DNA from: a virus
Reading direction: 5' to 3' (one strand)
DNA: 64,000 nucleotides
Virus record (IMG/VR): IMGVR_UViG_3300045974_000166
Span: 1-64,000 of that record
How positions within the stretch are numbered: the first letter of the stretch is position 1; every line of letters starts with the position of its first letter. The notes below the pieces were generated by a model. That model ran no database searches. It was not told where the DNA came from and saw only the letters and a list, made by a program, of their open reading frames with translations. The translations under genes were made by a program, and so were the position numbers. Positions 54,165 through 63,419 of the stretch are shown here, one piece after another.

Positions 54165-54166
54165 CG

Positions 54167-54394
54167 TTACCTTGTGGTTCGGCCGGTGAGCCAGTACATT
54201 ACTAGTGCGAATTGCCAAAACTTAGGTCGGCGAACTGCACCCGGGATTTTCTTCCAAAGTTCGGATTCTGCCAATACGTTACCTTCTATTGCAAGATAGA
54301 TACGATAGACAACCCAATAGATTGTTAGCAAAAATAACACACATCCGGCAGCAACCGCAAGTACGACAAAAATACTTATTGCCGACAACATCAT
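54167..54394 (-). CDS. small membrane protein
   Basis: N-terminal TM. Confidence 0.5.
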   Translation of the reverse strand: MMLSAISIFVVLAVAAGCVLFLLTIYWVVYRIYLAIEGNVLAESELWKKIPGAVRRPKFWQFALVMYWLTGRTTR

Positions 54395-54876
54395 TCGGCC
54401 CAAATGTTTTTCACATAGGATTTGGCAACAGGCCGAGTCTGACCCAGAGTTGCAACGGCCCAGTCAACGACTTCATTCTTGTCTTGACCGGCAGCTTTGG
54501 CTTCGGCAATTTTTTGACGAATGAGTGATGCATTGGAAACTTTTCCACCGCGGTTTACAACCTTGACCTTTTTCTTTTCTGTGGTAATGTCCACTTGATT
54601 ACCAGAAGAATTCAGGAAAGCCGTCGAAACTTCTTCGAGCTGCACATTCTTATAGAAGACATTGGTGCCGATGTTAATCGATCCATTCGATAGTCCCGGG
54701 CCACCACATGACTTAGTAAGATTCAAAGAAATAACTTCAATGAACGATCCAAAACGTGCCATACATTTATCACGGGCATCATCTTCTGTCAGGGCCTCCA
54801 TGAAAACCGTATTCAGTTCGGCGACATCCTGCTCGGCAGGATCAGAAAAATAGGTAATTACATAGCGATTCATCAA
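54391..54876 (-). CDS. hypothetical protein
   Basis: ORF track. Confidence 0.55.
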   Translation of the reverse strand: MMNRYVITYFSDPAEQDVAELNTVFMEALTEDDARDKCMARFGSFIEVISLNLTKSCGGPGLSNGSINIGTNVFYKNVQLEEVSTAFLNSSGNQVDITTEKKKVKVVNRGGKVSNASLIRQKIAEAKAAGQDKNEVVDWAVATLGQTRPVAKSYVKNIWAE

Positions 54877-55053
54877 TTAAACTCCAACGGCTTCAACAGC
54901 TTCAACACAAGAAAACGAAACTTCATAAGTCTTAATTTCGTCATCAACAAACACAACCTCACGGTCATAGTCGAATCCAACAATCTTGGCAATGAAGAAC
55001 TTGGTCAGTTCTTGATCGTTGAACACGTTTACAAAATTTCCGATTTTAAACAT
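54877..55053 (-). CDS. hypothetical protein (58 aa, SH3-like; not in ORF track)
   Basis: MFKIGNFVNV...; first ORF after promoter. Confidence 0.55.
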   Translation of the reverse strand: MFKIGNFVNVFNDQELTKFFIAKIVGFDYDREVVFVDDEIKTYEVSFSCVEAVEAVGV

Positions 55054-55085
55054 TTTGAGCTTTCTGTTTAGTTAGTGATGTGTCA

Positions 55086-55117
55086 ATTATACTACACTTA
55101 GCAATATGTGTAAATTA
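55086..55117 (-). promoter_or_regulatory. early promoter cassette
   Basis: TAATTTACA-17-TATAAT. Confidence 0.8.
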
Positions 55118-56836
55118 TTTTGAGAGGTCCTTAATAAGACTGAATCCGGATTCTTTGTACATGAGCAAATTCCCATCAAACACTTCTGCCAACTGATCTT
55201 TGGATTTGTGTGAAATGATAAAGATGTTGGATGTTTTGAATTCTTCTAACTCGTCAATGAGCGCTAGGAAATTGTCAATACCCTTCTGATCTAGACATTC
55301 CAAGATTTCGTCGAGGAATAGAATGTTGCAGTCGAACGAGTTCCTGATCTTAGATAGTTGACGGAACGTAAGCAATAGAGCTGTATCAATACGAGTCTTT
55401 TCACCGGCAGAGAATGAACCGTATGTGAAATCATCTCGGTGCCGTGACTTGATGATTTCGTTGAACTCAGAATCAAGATTGAACGAGATAAAGAAGTCAA
55501 GTTTCTCTAAGTAACCATTGATCAAACCATTGATGATTGGAATGTACTGATCTACAATTTTGGTTTTAATACCCGAATCCTTGAACAACTCAATCATGAG
55601 GTTGTTGTAATCTTGTTCGGCATTCATCTTAGACTGTTTGTCCTTTAATACTAGCGCTTCCTGTGCAGTTTGTTTTAGTTCAGCCTTAAGGTCGGCTAGT
55701 TCTTCTGATTGAGCATAATCAGCTAGTTCAGTCTCAAGTTCACCAATATCTTTATTCAAACGAGTAACCGTGCCATTGTCGGCAAAATTGCTTGAGTTTG
55801 CATCTGAGATGATTTCATTGATAGAACCAATTTCAGCCATAAGACTTTCTTGATCATGAAGTTTGGCAACGAACTCATCTTTTTTACTAGAGAGTTCTTG
55901 CATCTTTTCCATTGAAGGGGAAACAATAGTAAGTTTGGCCTTTTCATCTAACAGTGAGGCACAAACAGGGCAAGAATCTTCATGTTTCACAGAATCAATC
56001 TTTTCTAGGTGCTTGGCAATTGCATCATCAAAACTTTTGATCCGATCTACTGTACTTTGATGTTCTTCTAATTTCTTCTTAACCTGTTTGTATACAGTAT
56101 TCTTCTCTAGAATTGTTGCAGTCTTTTCTTTGATTCGCACTTCAAGTGCTACTTTTTCTTCTTGCAGAGATTCAAGTTTTGTTTTAAGTGCAGAGACTGA
56201 ATCTCCTTGAATAGATTGAAGGCGGTCAATATGTGCTTTCTGCAATTTTGCTTTAGTAAAGCAATTCTTTAATTCAAGATCAATGAGTTTGATTTCTTCT
56301 TTGTACTTGGAAATTTTAGACTTAAGAATCTGATTCATGAACGAGAACACTTTAATATCAAGGATCTCTTCAATGAATGCACGACGGTCTTGAGTTCTGA
56401 GTGTCATAAATGGCTTATAGTTCTCAACCGATAGTACAGATGTCTGTAGGAACGTCTTGATATTAGTACCAATAATGTTCAGTTCCAAATATTCTTGGAA
56501 ATCATTAGAGATTGTTTGATCTAGTGCTACACCATTTTCAAAGATCTCAAAGATGTTTGGCTTGATACCTCGGCGTACTAGATATGCTTTACCATGAGAT
56601 TCAAACTCAATCTCTACTACTGTACCCTTTTGATTTACAGAGTTCACAATCTGTGGTCTATTGATCTGTTTAATAGTTTGATTGAATAAACCAAAAGTAA
56701 TCAGATTCGCAATTGTAGACTTGGCAGAACCGTTAAAACCTTGGATAACAGTACGAGAATATTTTCGCAGATCAACTTCTAGAAATGCATTACCGATTGA
56801 GAGGAAGTTCTTTCCTCGCACTTTGCTTATAATCAT
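55115..56836 (-). CDS. 46: recombination endonuclease ATPase subunit gp46 (SbcC/Rad50-like)
   Basis: KNFLSIGN, GFNGSAKST, CPVC hook, FSAGEK, LFLDE. Confidence 0.96.
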   Translation of the reverse strand: MIISKVRGKNFLSIGNAFLEVDLRKYSRTVIQGFNGSAKSTIANLITFGLFNQTIKQINRPQIVNSVNQKGTVVEIEFESHGKAYLVRRGIKPNIFEIFENGVALDQTISNDFQEYLELNIIGTNIKTFLQTSVLSVENYKPFMTLRTQDRRAFIEEILDIKVFSFMNQILKSKISKYKEEIKLIDLELKNCFTKAKLQKAHIDRLQSIQGDSVSALKTKLESLQEEKVALEVRIKEKTATILEKNTVYKQVKKKLEEHQSTVDRIKSFDDAIAKHLEKIDSVKHEDSCPVCASLLDEKAKLTIVSPSMEKMQELSSKKDEFVAKLHDQESLMAEIGSINEIISDANSSNFADNGTVTRLNKDIGELETELADYAQSEELADLKAELKQTAQEALVLKDKQSKMNAEQDYNNLMIELFKDSGIKTKIVDQYIPIINGLINGYLEKLDFFISFNLDSEFNEIIKSRHRDDFTYGSFSAGEKTRIDTALLLTFRQLSKIRNSFDCNILFLDEILECLDQKGIDNFLALIDELEEFKTSNIFIISHKSKDQLAEVFDGNLLMYKESGFSLIKDLSK

Positions 56837-56838
56837 GC

Positions 56839-57888
56839 TTATACCTTGAGCAGTTCTAATGCCTCTGAGTAGGTCTCAGAAATCATTTTCTTAAGTAATA
56901 TTTTGTCCAAATTTGTGTTCATGTTATCTACAACATGATCTATCATATTAAGTGTAGTCTGAAATTCGACTTTAGCATTCATTGATTCTTCTACGGACTT
57001 AGTAATTTTGTCATCAACTATATTTACATCATGCGGATTATTCATGAGCAAATTTTGAAAGAATGAGTCAAACTTATATTGGTTCGTCTTGTTCTTGATA
57101 ATCAGCTTAATGAACTTATCTTTTGCAACTGTGAAATCATAGTACATCTCGTGCGTATCATCATACTCAATCTTTTCATACAGAGTATGTTCAGTACGAA
57201 TGAAGTCAAGTTTGTTTGTATCTGGATCCAATGACCAAAAGCCTTTGGTGTCACCACAATCTGCCCAGTCAAGTTCATATGGTGTACCACAGTATAACAC
57301 ATTATCCTTACGGGAGATTGTGTGGTAATGTCCTGAGAATACTAATTTGTAGTTTTTGAATATAGTATGATCGGCACCAGTCTCGGCAATTTGGAATTTA
57401 TGTAGGCGGAAGCGAGCAAACTCAAAGTGACCAACAGCAAAATCGGACTTTGAGTTTATAGCAAATTCATTACTTTCCTGTACTAACGATTCGTTAATCC
57501 ATGGGTAAAAATCAAAGTTTTTACCTTCAATGATAAAAGTGCATGGGCAAGCATCAATGACAATCATATTTGGTGTAGCCAAACTGCGTACAGAGTTTAC
57601 CTCATTTGTAGACTTGTAATAACAGTCATGGTTTCCAGAAATAATGTATACAGTTATATGCCGTTTCTCACATTCAAGAAGAAACATCTTTCTGGCCATG
57701 TGCAGTGTAAGAAAATTTACAGTCTTTCGTTTATCAAAAAGATCACCAAGTTGTACAATTGTTGTAATACTATGTTCATCTATGTAAGCAAAAAGATCTT
57801 TGTAGAATTTTTCAAAGTAATCATAGTATATAGGATTGTCATTCCTGACACCCCAATGAGTGTCTCCAATAAAAACAATTTTTGCCAT
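56839..57888 (-). CDS. 47: recombination endonuclease nuclease subunit gp47 (Mre11/SbcD-like)
   Basis: GDTHWG, GDLFD, GNHD, GHYH. Confidence 0.96.
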   Translation of the reverse strand: MAKIVFIGDTHWGVRNDNPIYYDYFEKFYKDLFAYIDEHSITTIVQLGDLFDKRKTVNFLTLHMARKMFLLECEKRHITVYIISGNHDCYYKSTNEVNSVRSLATPNMIVIDACPCTFIIEGKNFDFYPWINESLVQESNEFAINSKSDFAVGHFEFARFRLHKFQIAETGADHTIFKNYKLVFSGHYHTISRKDNVLYCGTPYELDWADCGDTKGFWSLDPDTNKLDFIRTEHTLYEKIEYDDTHEMYYDFTVAKDKFIKLIIKNKTNQYKFDSFFQNLLMNNPHDVNIVDDKITKSVEESMNAKVEFQTTLNMIDHVVDNMNTNLDKILLKKMISETYSEALELLKV

Positions 57889-57891
57889 GTG

Positions 57892-58533
57892 TTAGTCTTT
57901 AGCTAAATCAAAAATATTTGGTTCAACGACCTCTTTAGTTTTCTTGACTTTTTCTGCCTTGGCATAAGGTGTTAAATTTTTGTGTCGTAGAGATGGATGT
58001 AAGTTGCCAGTCTTTTCAGTAGTTTTACGTTGTTCAAAGTAATCAACAAAGATTTCATTTTCCTTTAAGAAATCAACAAACGCATTTGTACCTTCGACAT
58101 CACCCTCAAGATTTTGTTGTATGAATTCGGTAGTTACTTTGTCATTGATCAAACGGGCTCTAATAGATGTTTGTTTTTGTTCCATCTTGATTCGGCCGAT
58201 GAATGAATTCCAGCAAAGTTGGGAAGCATACCCAAAAAAGTTATCGGATTTGAGAGGATCAAATAGATGGAATTTTGCTGTGAGTTGAAGAATAGCATCA
58301 GAAATCATATCTGACCTATAACTATACCCAATGAAATTGTGCATCCGAGACATTTTAGTTGCAATCTGTACAATAGCATCCGCAATACGGGGAGGCATCT
58401 CAGGCCGATCTTCTCCAGCTTCTTTTGAAGCCAAATAAGCAACACGATATTCTTTCATGATGCCAAGAATTTCTTTGTTGTTCACATAGTGATTGTTCTC
58501 TGCAATCTTTTCGATATAGTCTTGTTGTTCCAT
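57892..58533 (-). CDS. 55: late sigma factor gp55
   Basis: HYVNNKE, NFIGYSYRSDMISD, FDP.KS.NFFGY. Confidence 0.93.
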   Translation of the reverse strand: MEQQDYIEKIAENNHYVNNKEILGIMKEYRVAYLASKEAGEDRPEMPPRIADAIVQIATKMSRMHNFIGYSYRSDMISDAILQLTAKFHLFDPLKSDNFFGYASQLCWNSFIGRIKMEQKQTSIRARLINDKVTTEFIQQNLEGDVEGTNAFVDFLKENEIFVDYFEQRKTTEKTGNLHPSLRHKNLTPYAKAEKVKKTKEVVEPNIFDLAKD

Positions 58534-58563
58534 AATTGGTACTTAGTTGTGAGCGATAGATTT

Positions 58564-58592
58564 ATTATACACTAATAGTCTTTAAAGTAAAA
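58564..58592 (-). promoter_or_regulatory. sigma70-type promoter for gene 55
   Basis: TTTTAC-17-TATAAT. Confidence 0.6.
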
Positions 58593-58593
58593 T

Positions 58594-58601
58594 ATTAAAT
58601 A
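58594..58601 (+). promoter_or_regulatory. putative late promoter ATTAAATA for gene 4
   Basis: 5 nt before ATG 58607. Confidence 0.55.
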
Positions 58602-58606
58602 TGTAA

Positions 58607-59068
58607 ATGACTAAACCTTCAATTTCTAAAAAGTCTAGATATAGACAAGGCACATACACACCAAAGAACCCAGACAAGTACATAGGTGACGGTGAAATTC
58701 GCTATAGATCTTCTTGGGAACTACGACTGTGTAAGTGGCTTGATAATCACCAATCTGTAGTTTGTTGGAATTCAGAAGGAATGGTAGTTCCCTATTTAAG
58801 CCCAGTTGACAATAAGCAACACAAATACTATGTAGATTTTTTGGCAAAGATGAAACTTAAAGACGGCACAATCAAAACATATGCAATAGAAATTAAACCA
58901 AAAAAAGAAATGATACCCCCACGCAAAAACAAAAACAAAGAACGAATGATTACTGAAGTGACAACATTTGTTACAAACCAGGCAAAATGGGCCCATGCTA
59001 AAGAATACTGTGATAAACTTGGTATTTCATTTTTAGTACTCAATGAACACGATTTAGGAATAGCATGA
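58607..59068 (+). CDS. 4: head completion nuclease gp4
   Basis: QG.YTPKNP.KY.GD, YRSSWE, YYVDF, IEIKP. Confidence 0.93.
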   Translation: MTKPSISKKSRYRQGTYTPKNPDKYIGDGEIRYRSSWELRLCKWLDNHQSVVCWNSEGMVVPYLSPVDNKQHKYYVDFLAKMKLKDGTIKTYAIEIKPKKEMIPPRKNKNKERMITEVTTFVTNQAKWAHAKEYCDKLGISFLVLNEHDLGIA

Positions 59069-59697
59069 AAAATCTTGCATCAAGAAATATGACTTCGATC
59101 TTTGAAGCGATAAAGAAGGACCCAAATTTTAAAGCTGAACGGAGTTCCGATTGGTTTAAAAACAAAATCAAAGAACTTGCGCCTATCGCGCCGGTTGATA
59201 GAGCTAACCTTATGGCGCAAACTAGAGATTCTATGCAGTCAAATAGACTCTTACCTGGTACTATGACATTTTTTGCATATGATCCAAAATATAAAGCAGT
59301 TCTGCCTTACTATGATAAGTTTCCGCTATCATTTATAGTAGGAATTGACAAATCTGGTTTTACTGGACTAAATTTCCACTATCTGTCTATACCAATGCGG
59401 ATTAAACTCTATGATGCAATGTATATTATAGCAAAACAGTCCGTAAATAAAACTACACAACAGGTTTTAGTTCTAAACTGGAAATTACTATCTAACTTTG
59501 CTAGGTTTCCAGCTGCAGCTCCAGCAGTTAAAAAGTATCTCTTTGGTCACGTTCAATCTAGATTTATTAAAGTACCTTTAGAAGATTGGAAAACTGCTAT
59601 ACTGTTAGAAAATGCTGAATTTAAAAAGGCATCAGCTTCATCAGTCAGATCAATATCGACTCAAATCGCTTCTAATGCATTAAAGAATCGAGAGTAG
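59065..59697 (+). CDS. 2: DNA end protector gp2
   Basis: FFAYDPKYK..LPYYDKFPL, GLNFHYL. Confidence 0.93.
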   Translation: MKNLASRNMTSIFEAIKKDPNFKAERSSDWFKNKIKELAPIAPVDRANLMAQTRDSMQSNRLLPGTMTFFAYDPKYKAVLPYYDKFPLSFIVGIDKSGFTGLNFHYLSIPMRIKLYDAMYIIAKQSVNKTTQQVLVLNWKLLSNFARFPAAAPAVKKYLFGHVQSRFIKVPLEDWKTAILLENAEFKKASASSVRSISTQIASNALKNRE

Positions 59698-60021
59698 TGT
59701 TACCATACCAAGTGATACTAATACATTAATTCTACAGCGATCTAAGCAGTAGTCTACGATTAGAATGGATCCGAGGTGAAACCGAGTGATCTGGGGCTGA
59801 GGGTACCGAATGCCCCAAGCTAAAGCTAGCCAATAAGTATTAAGAATACTCTAGATGCAAAGACCCTTAGTATTACCCTCCATTGCATTCCGGGTAGCTA
59901 GTCACTAGCAAGCTAGTTCCATAGCTTATTTCTCTAAATACCTTTAGCACCAGCTTCCAAAGTCCACATGAATAGAATATGGTTCATCGTAGATGAACAC
60001 AACTATCCTTTCTATAGAATA

Positions 60022-60051
60022 ATTATATCACGCGTTTTTGCTGATGTACAA
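60022..60051 (-). promoter_or_regulatory. sigma70-type promoter facing a non-coding region
   Basis: TGTACA-17-TATAAT. Confidence 0.6.
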
Positions 60052-60117
60052 TCTTTTTAGCACAGCTAAGTTATTGATGCTTAAATAGATTCCGGTTTAA
60101 TTACATTCTGTAACAAC

Positions 60118-60300
60118 TTAGTTGTTTAGTTGGTGCTTGAGATTTTCTTTTTGTATATCAGCTGCAATCATCGACATTTCTACATCAAGTTCCCACCGAG
60201 TCATTTGGTCTATAGTGTCTGCAGAGTAGTTAAATCTATATCGTAGCATATGCATGGCCTTGAAGTAATCTTGCAGATCGATATACCCAAGGCTTATAGA
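60118..60300 (-). CDS. 51: gp51-like baseplate hub assembly peptide (-1 frame after gene 26; not in ORF track)
   Basis: ..MLRYRFNYSADTIDQMTRWELDVEMSMI..; open from the T7 run to TAA 60118; start uncertain. Confidence 0.7.
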   Translation of the reverse strand, partial: SISLGYIDLQDYFKAMHMLRYRFNYSADTIDQMTRWELDVEMSMIAADIQKENLKHQLNN

Positions 60301-60986
60301 AAAAAATTCTCAAACCCAGACATAATTTGATCATGATGCTTACCACAATGCTTACAGTCGAATGAGACATCGAGCTTAACCATTGGCATTTCATCTAGAA
60401 ATTTAGCAATTAGACTTTGTTGTTTTGGACTCATTGATTCTACAAACTCAGTCTTTTCTTGTTCTGAATATTCAAATACTTCATCATCAGAATAGATTGA
60501 TGTAATACATTTAGCAACTGTTCCCGAACCATTTGCTTTCCCACCAGCTTTGATAGTTTCGATGAAATCGGATAAAGAAGGATGTCGAAGAACTACGGTA
60601 TAGTTTGTCTCGGGAATCTTGATCTTAAGTTTATCTATTGGATTTGGTTCTACCACTGCTTTGGTAATATCAACTGTGAATTCAGTTTTGGCAGTTGGAG
60701 CACACGAACAAGATCCTATTAGGTCAACGATTTCGCCTACAGATTTTGATCTGATATGCAGGAATAAAAATTCAAGATCATAGTATGGATGCTCATCTGG
60801 GTCCACTACTTCAAAAGTACAAACCTCAATAGTATTCCTAATTGCCGCTCCAACCGTATCAAGATTGTTTTCTTGCAGTGCTAACAGCAAAGCTTTCTCT
60901 TCTTTGACAGTAAAAGGACGGAATGACACAGTTTTGCCATTAGATGGAATTTTAATTGTATACGTTGGAAGAATAATTTTTTTCAT
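60294..60986 (-). CDS. 26: baseplate hub subunit gp26
   Basis: LPTY....PS.GK.V.FRPFTVKEEKALL; CKHCG; GFENFF end. Confidence 0.92.
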   Translation of the reverse strand: MKKIILPTYTIKIPSNGKTVSFRPFTVKEEKALLLALQENNLDTVGAAIRNTIEVCTFEVVDPDEHPYYDLEFLFLHIRSKSVGEIVDLIGSCSCAPTAKTEFTVDITKAVVEPNPIDKLKIKIPETNYTVVLRHPSLSDFIETIKAGGKANGSGTVAKCITSIYSDDEVFEYSEQEKTEFVESMSPKQQSLIAKFLDEMPMVKLDVSFDCKHCGKHHDQIMSGFENFFL

Positions 60987-61005
60987 ATGATCACTTTATT
61001 AATGA

Positions 61006-61701
61006 TTAAGAACCAATTGCAAAGTCTGTACCAAGACCAGAAATGATACTTTGTTTATTTAGGTCAGATTGAAGTCCTTGATAGACTTCTGAATTTGTGT
61101 ATGCGCCTTTAATTTTATCTGATTGAGTAGTAGCATATGTATCTTCTGATGCTGTATCAATACTTGTTTCTACCGTTTCAAATACAAATGACACCGGAAG
61201 ACTCATAATACCAGTTGAACTATAGTCTAACATTATAGAATTGATCACCTTTGGCACAACACGCTTATATGTATAAGAGAAGTTAGAATTTCCTTCTAGA
61301 TCAATCATGTTGAGTTTAAATGATTCAGCTGTATAGTCATCTGGGTAACTAAAATTGCGGCGAGAGTTCACAATCAGTTCTTTCCATTTTTCAAAGAACT
61401 TTTGGACTAGATATGTCTGATCAACATAAAATTGAAGCATTAAATCTTGGTAGTCATAGTCGTGAATAAATTTACGCTTGATACCAGCTTCAAAGTAGTT
61501 ATCATTGGTCATCATCTGTGTAAATGGTGTCTGGGCACCATGACAGAAAAGATTGATTGTGTCGACATCTGGAGCCGAAACTTTGCCAGAATTGAGTAAT
61601 CCCGGTGGTAAAGTGAGTTCTACATAGAAAAGATACGGCCGAGCAATATTTGTGGCTCTTATAGAGGCACTAAATTTGTTTAGAGGTGGTGCTGTAGACA
61701 T
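61006..61701 (-). CDS. 54: tail tube initiator / gp54-like (gp19 fold)
   Basis: ARPYLFYV, L.LQFYVD, FFEKW; T4-type synteny with 48/53. Confidence 0.75.
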   Translation of the reverse strand: MSTAPPLNKFSASIRATNIARPYLFYVELTLPPGLLNSGKVSAPDVDTINLFCHGAQTPFTQMMTNDNYFEAGIKRKFIHDYDYQDLMLQFYVDQTYLVQKFFEKWKELIVNSRRNFSYPDDYTAESFKLNMIDLEGNSNFSYTYKRVVPKVINSIMLDYSSTGIMSLPVSFVFETVETSIDTASEDTYATTQSDKIKGAYTNSEVYQGLQSDLNKQSIISGLGTDFAIGS

Positions 61702-61713
61702 TTAGAATGTACC

Positions 61714-61735
61714 ATTAAATAATTAGTATTTAATC
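61714..61735. promoter_or_regulatory. pair of late promoter motifs on opposite strands (ATTAAATA + at 61714; GATTAAATA - at 61735-61727)
   Basis: Both motifs in the 52-bp gap between genes 54 and 48. Confidence 0.6.
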
Positions 61736-61753
61736 CCACATTAAAGAATTCTA

Positions 61754-62872
61754 ATGGATGCAACAACTCAAAAAATAGATAAGAAGAATATTGCCTCTTA
61801 CTCTAAGACTACTAATGATATAGATGTCTTATCCGGTAAGAAAATTCTTGCTTTCCCAACATCTCTTGGATCCACCATAAAAGATGAGGCAGGGAATGAT
61901 TTTGCCTATGTGATTATTCGAATTAATACTTCGGACACAGGATCTAAACTTAGAGAAGATGCATCTTCTGGTGATGTACTTATAGCCGCAGGTGCTGTAC
62001 AGACTGGTTCTGCACAAGATTTAGGTAAGTTAGACAAAATTACCAATAAATTTAACCCACTGACTTCAAACAAATATCTAGAAGGTCGGCAAGCAGATCA
62101 AGACCTATCTACTAGATATGGTAAAGCCGCTGTAAGTAAAGAAAATTCTAAAGGTTGGACAAAGAAATTTGGTCTTACTAAGCTAGACAAAGTTATAGTT
62201 CTCCCGATGCCAGCTGACTATTCTGTTGATACTGCAATTAATTATGAACCTACTGAATCTGGGGATTTATCTAAAATTTTAGATGCGGCCGCCTCAATAG
62301 AATCTGGTGGTATTTCTGCATATCTTAAAATGGCGGCAACAAGCATAGCAGCATCTATTGGCGCCGGTGCTATTAATGCAGCCAAAGATGTAATGGGTAT
62401 GAAACCTGGTTCTACAGAAGATATGACTAGAAAACTCTATGCTATGAGTAGAGAAGCAGAAAATCCAAAGAAAGAAATTTTGTTCAAGGATATCGGTTTC
62501 AGAAACTTTACTTTCGCTTATGTACTTTCTCCAAAGAATGCACTTGAATCTGCTACAATACAAGAAATAATCAGAACACTTAGATATTATGCTCTACCAG
62601 AACTACAAAAGGGTAAACTTTTCTATACATTTCCCGGTGAGTTTGAAATTGCAATGATGAAGGGTGGAATTGAAAATACAGCATTACCGAGAATTGCAAC
62701 TTGCGTACTGGAAGATGTTGGGGTTACCTTTACATCTGGTGGTGGTACCTGGGGTAATTTACCAGACGGTATGACACCAATGGTTAATCTAACTCTTCAG
62801 TTCAAAGAAATAGAAATCATTGATAGAAACAGAGTTTGGAATCGCGACTCTGTAATTACATCGGGTTATTAA
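61754..62872 (+). CDS. 48: baseplate tail-tube cap gp48
   Basis: LPMP, NP.KEILFK...RNFTF...P.N..ES, FPGEF. Confidence 0.9.
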   Translation: MDATTQKIDKKNIASYSKTTNDIDVLSGKKILAFPTSLGSTIKDEAGNDFAYVIIRINTSDTGSKLREDASSGDVLIAAGAVQTGSAQDLGKLDKITNKFNPLTSNKYLEGRQADQDLSTRYGKAAVSKENSKGWTKKFGLTKLDKVIVLPMPADYSVDTAINYEPTESGDLSKILDAAASIESGGISAYLKMAATSIAASIGAGAINAAKDVMGMKPGSTEDMTRKLYAMSREAENPKKEILFKDIGFRNFTFAYVLSPKNALESATIQEIIRTLRYYALPELQKGKLFYTFPGEFEIAMMKGGIENTALPRIATCVLEDVGVTFTSGGGTWGNLPDGMTPMVNLTLQFKEIEIIDRNRVWNRDSVITSGY

Positions 62873-62873
62873 G

Positions 62874-63419
62874 ATGACATACTTTGCAAATTTTCCATAC
62901 ACAACATTTGAATTCAACGGAATCGATTCCGTTGTGAAAAATGTTTTAGAACGCGCCCGGTTTATCACTGAGTATGCACCTTATACAGATTTGTTCCAAG
63001 TTTATGAAATAAGCAATGGTGAAACCGTTCAATCTATTGCCAATGATTACTATGGTTCTGCCACATATCATTGGGTAATCATGATCTTTAATGAAATACA
63101 TGATCTAGAAAATGAATGGCCCCGTGATAACTATCAGTTAGATATTTACTGCACAAACAAATACGGTTCAGCTAAAGATTCAGTTATGTCATGGATTGAT
63201 CCAAATGGTAATGTTGTCGGTGAAGTAAAGACATTTGTACTTGGTCAGATTTGGACTCCGCCAGCTAATCCAGGTACATTGGGCAATACTTATTATCTTC
63301 CGATGACATTTGTAGAATATGAAGAAAAACTCAATGAAGCAAAACGTATTATCAAAATTATGCGGCCAGAACTACTTGGTGATTTTGTCAAACAATTTCA
63401 TGATAAATTAAATGGCTGA
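62874..63419 (+). CDS. 53: baseplate wedge gp53 (LysM)
   Basis: YFANFP, YEISNGET..SIA.DYYG...HWVIM, IKIMRPE. Confidence 0.93.
   Translation: MTYFANFPYTTFEFNGIDSVVKNVLERARFITEYAPYTDLFQVYEISNGETVQSIANDYYGSATYHWVIMIFNEIHDLENEWPRDNYQLDIYCTNKYGSAKDSVMSWIDPNGNVVGEVKTFVLGQIWTPPANPGTLGNTYYLPMTFVEYEEKLNEAKRIIKIMRPELLGDFVKQFHDKLNG

Noticed and set aside
25761-55117. CRISPR-like array from the recurring GAAGATGGTTTATTATA motif
   Set aside because: Copies are kilobases apart and are fully explained as promoters; no regular spacers or cas genes
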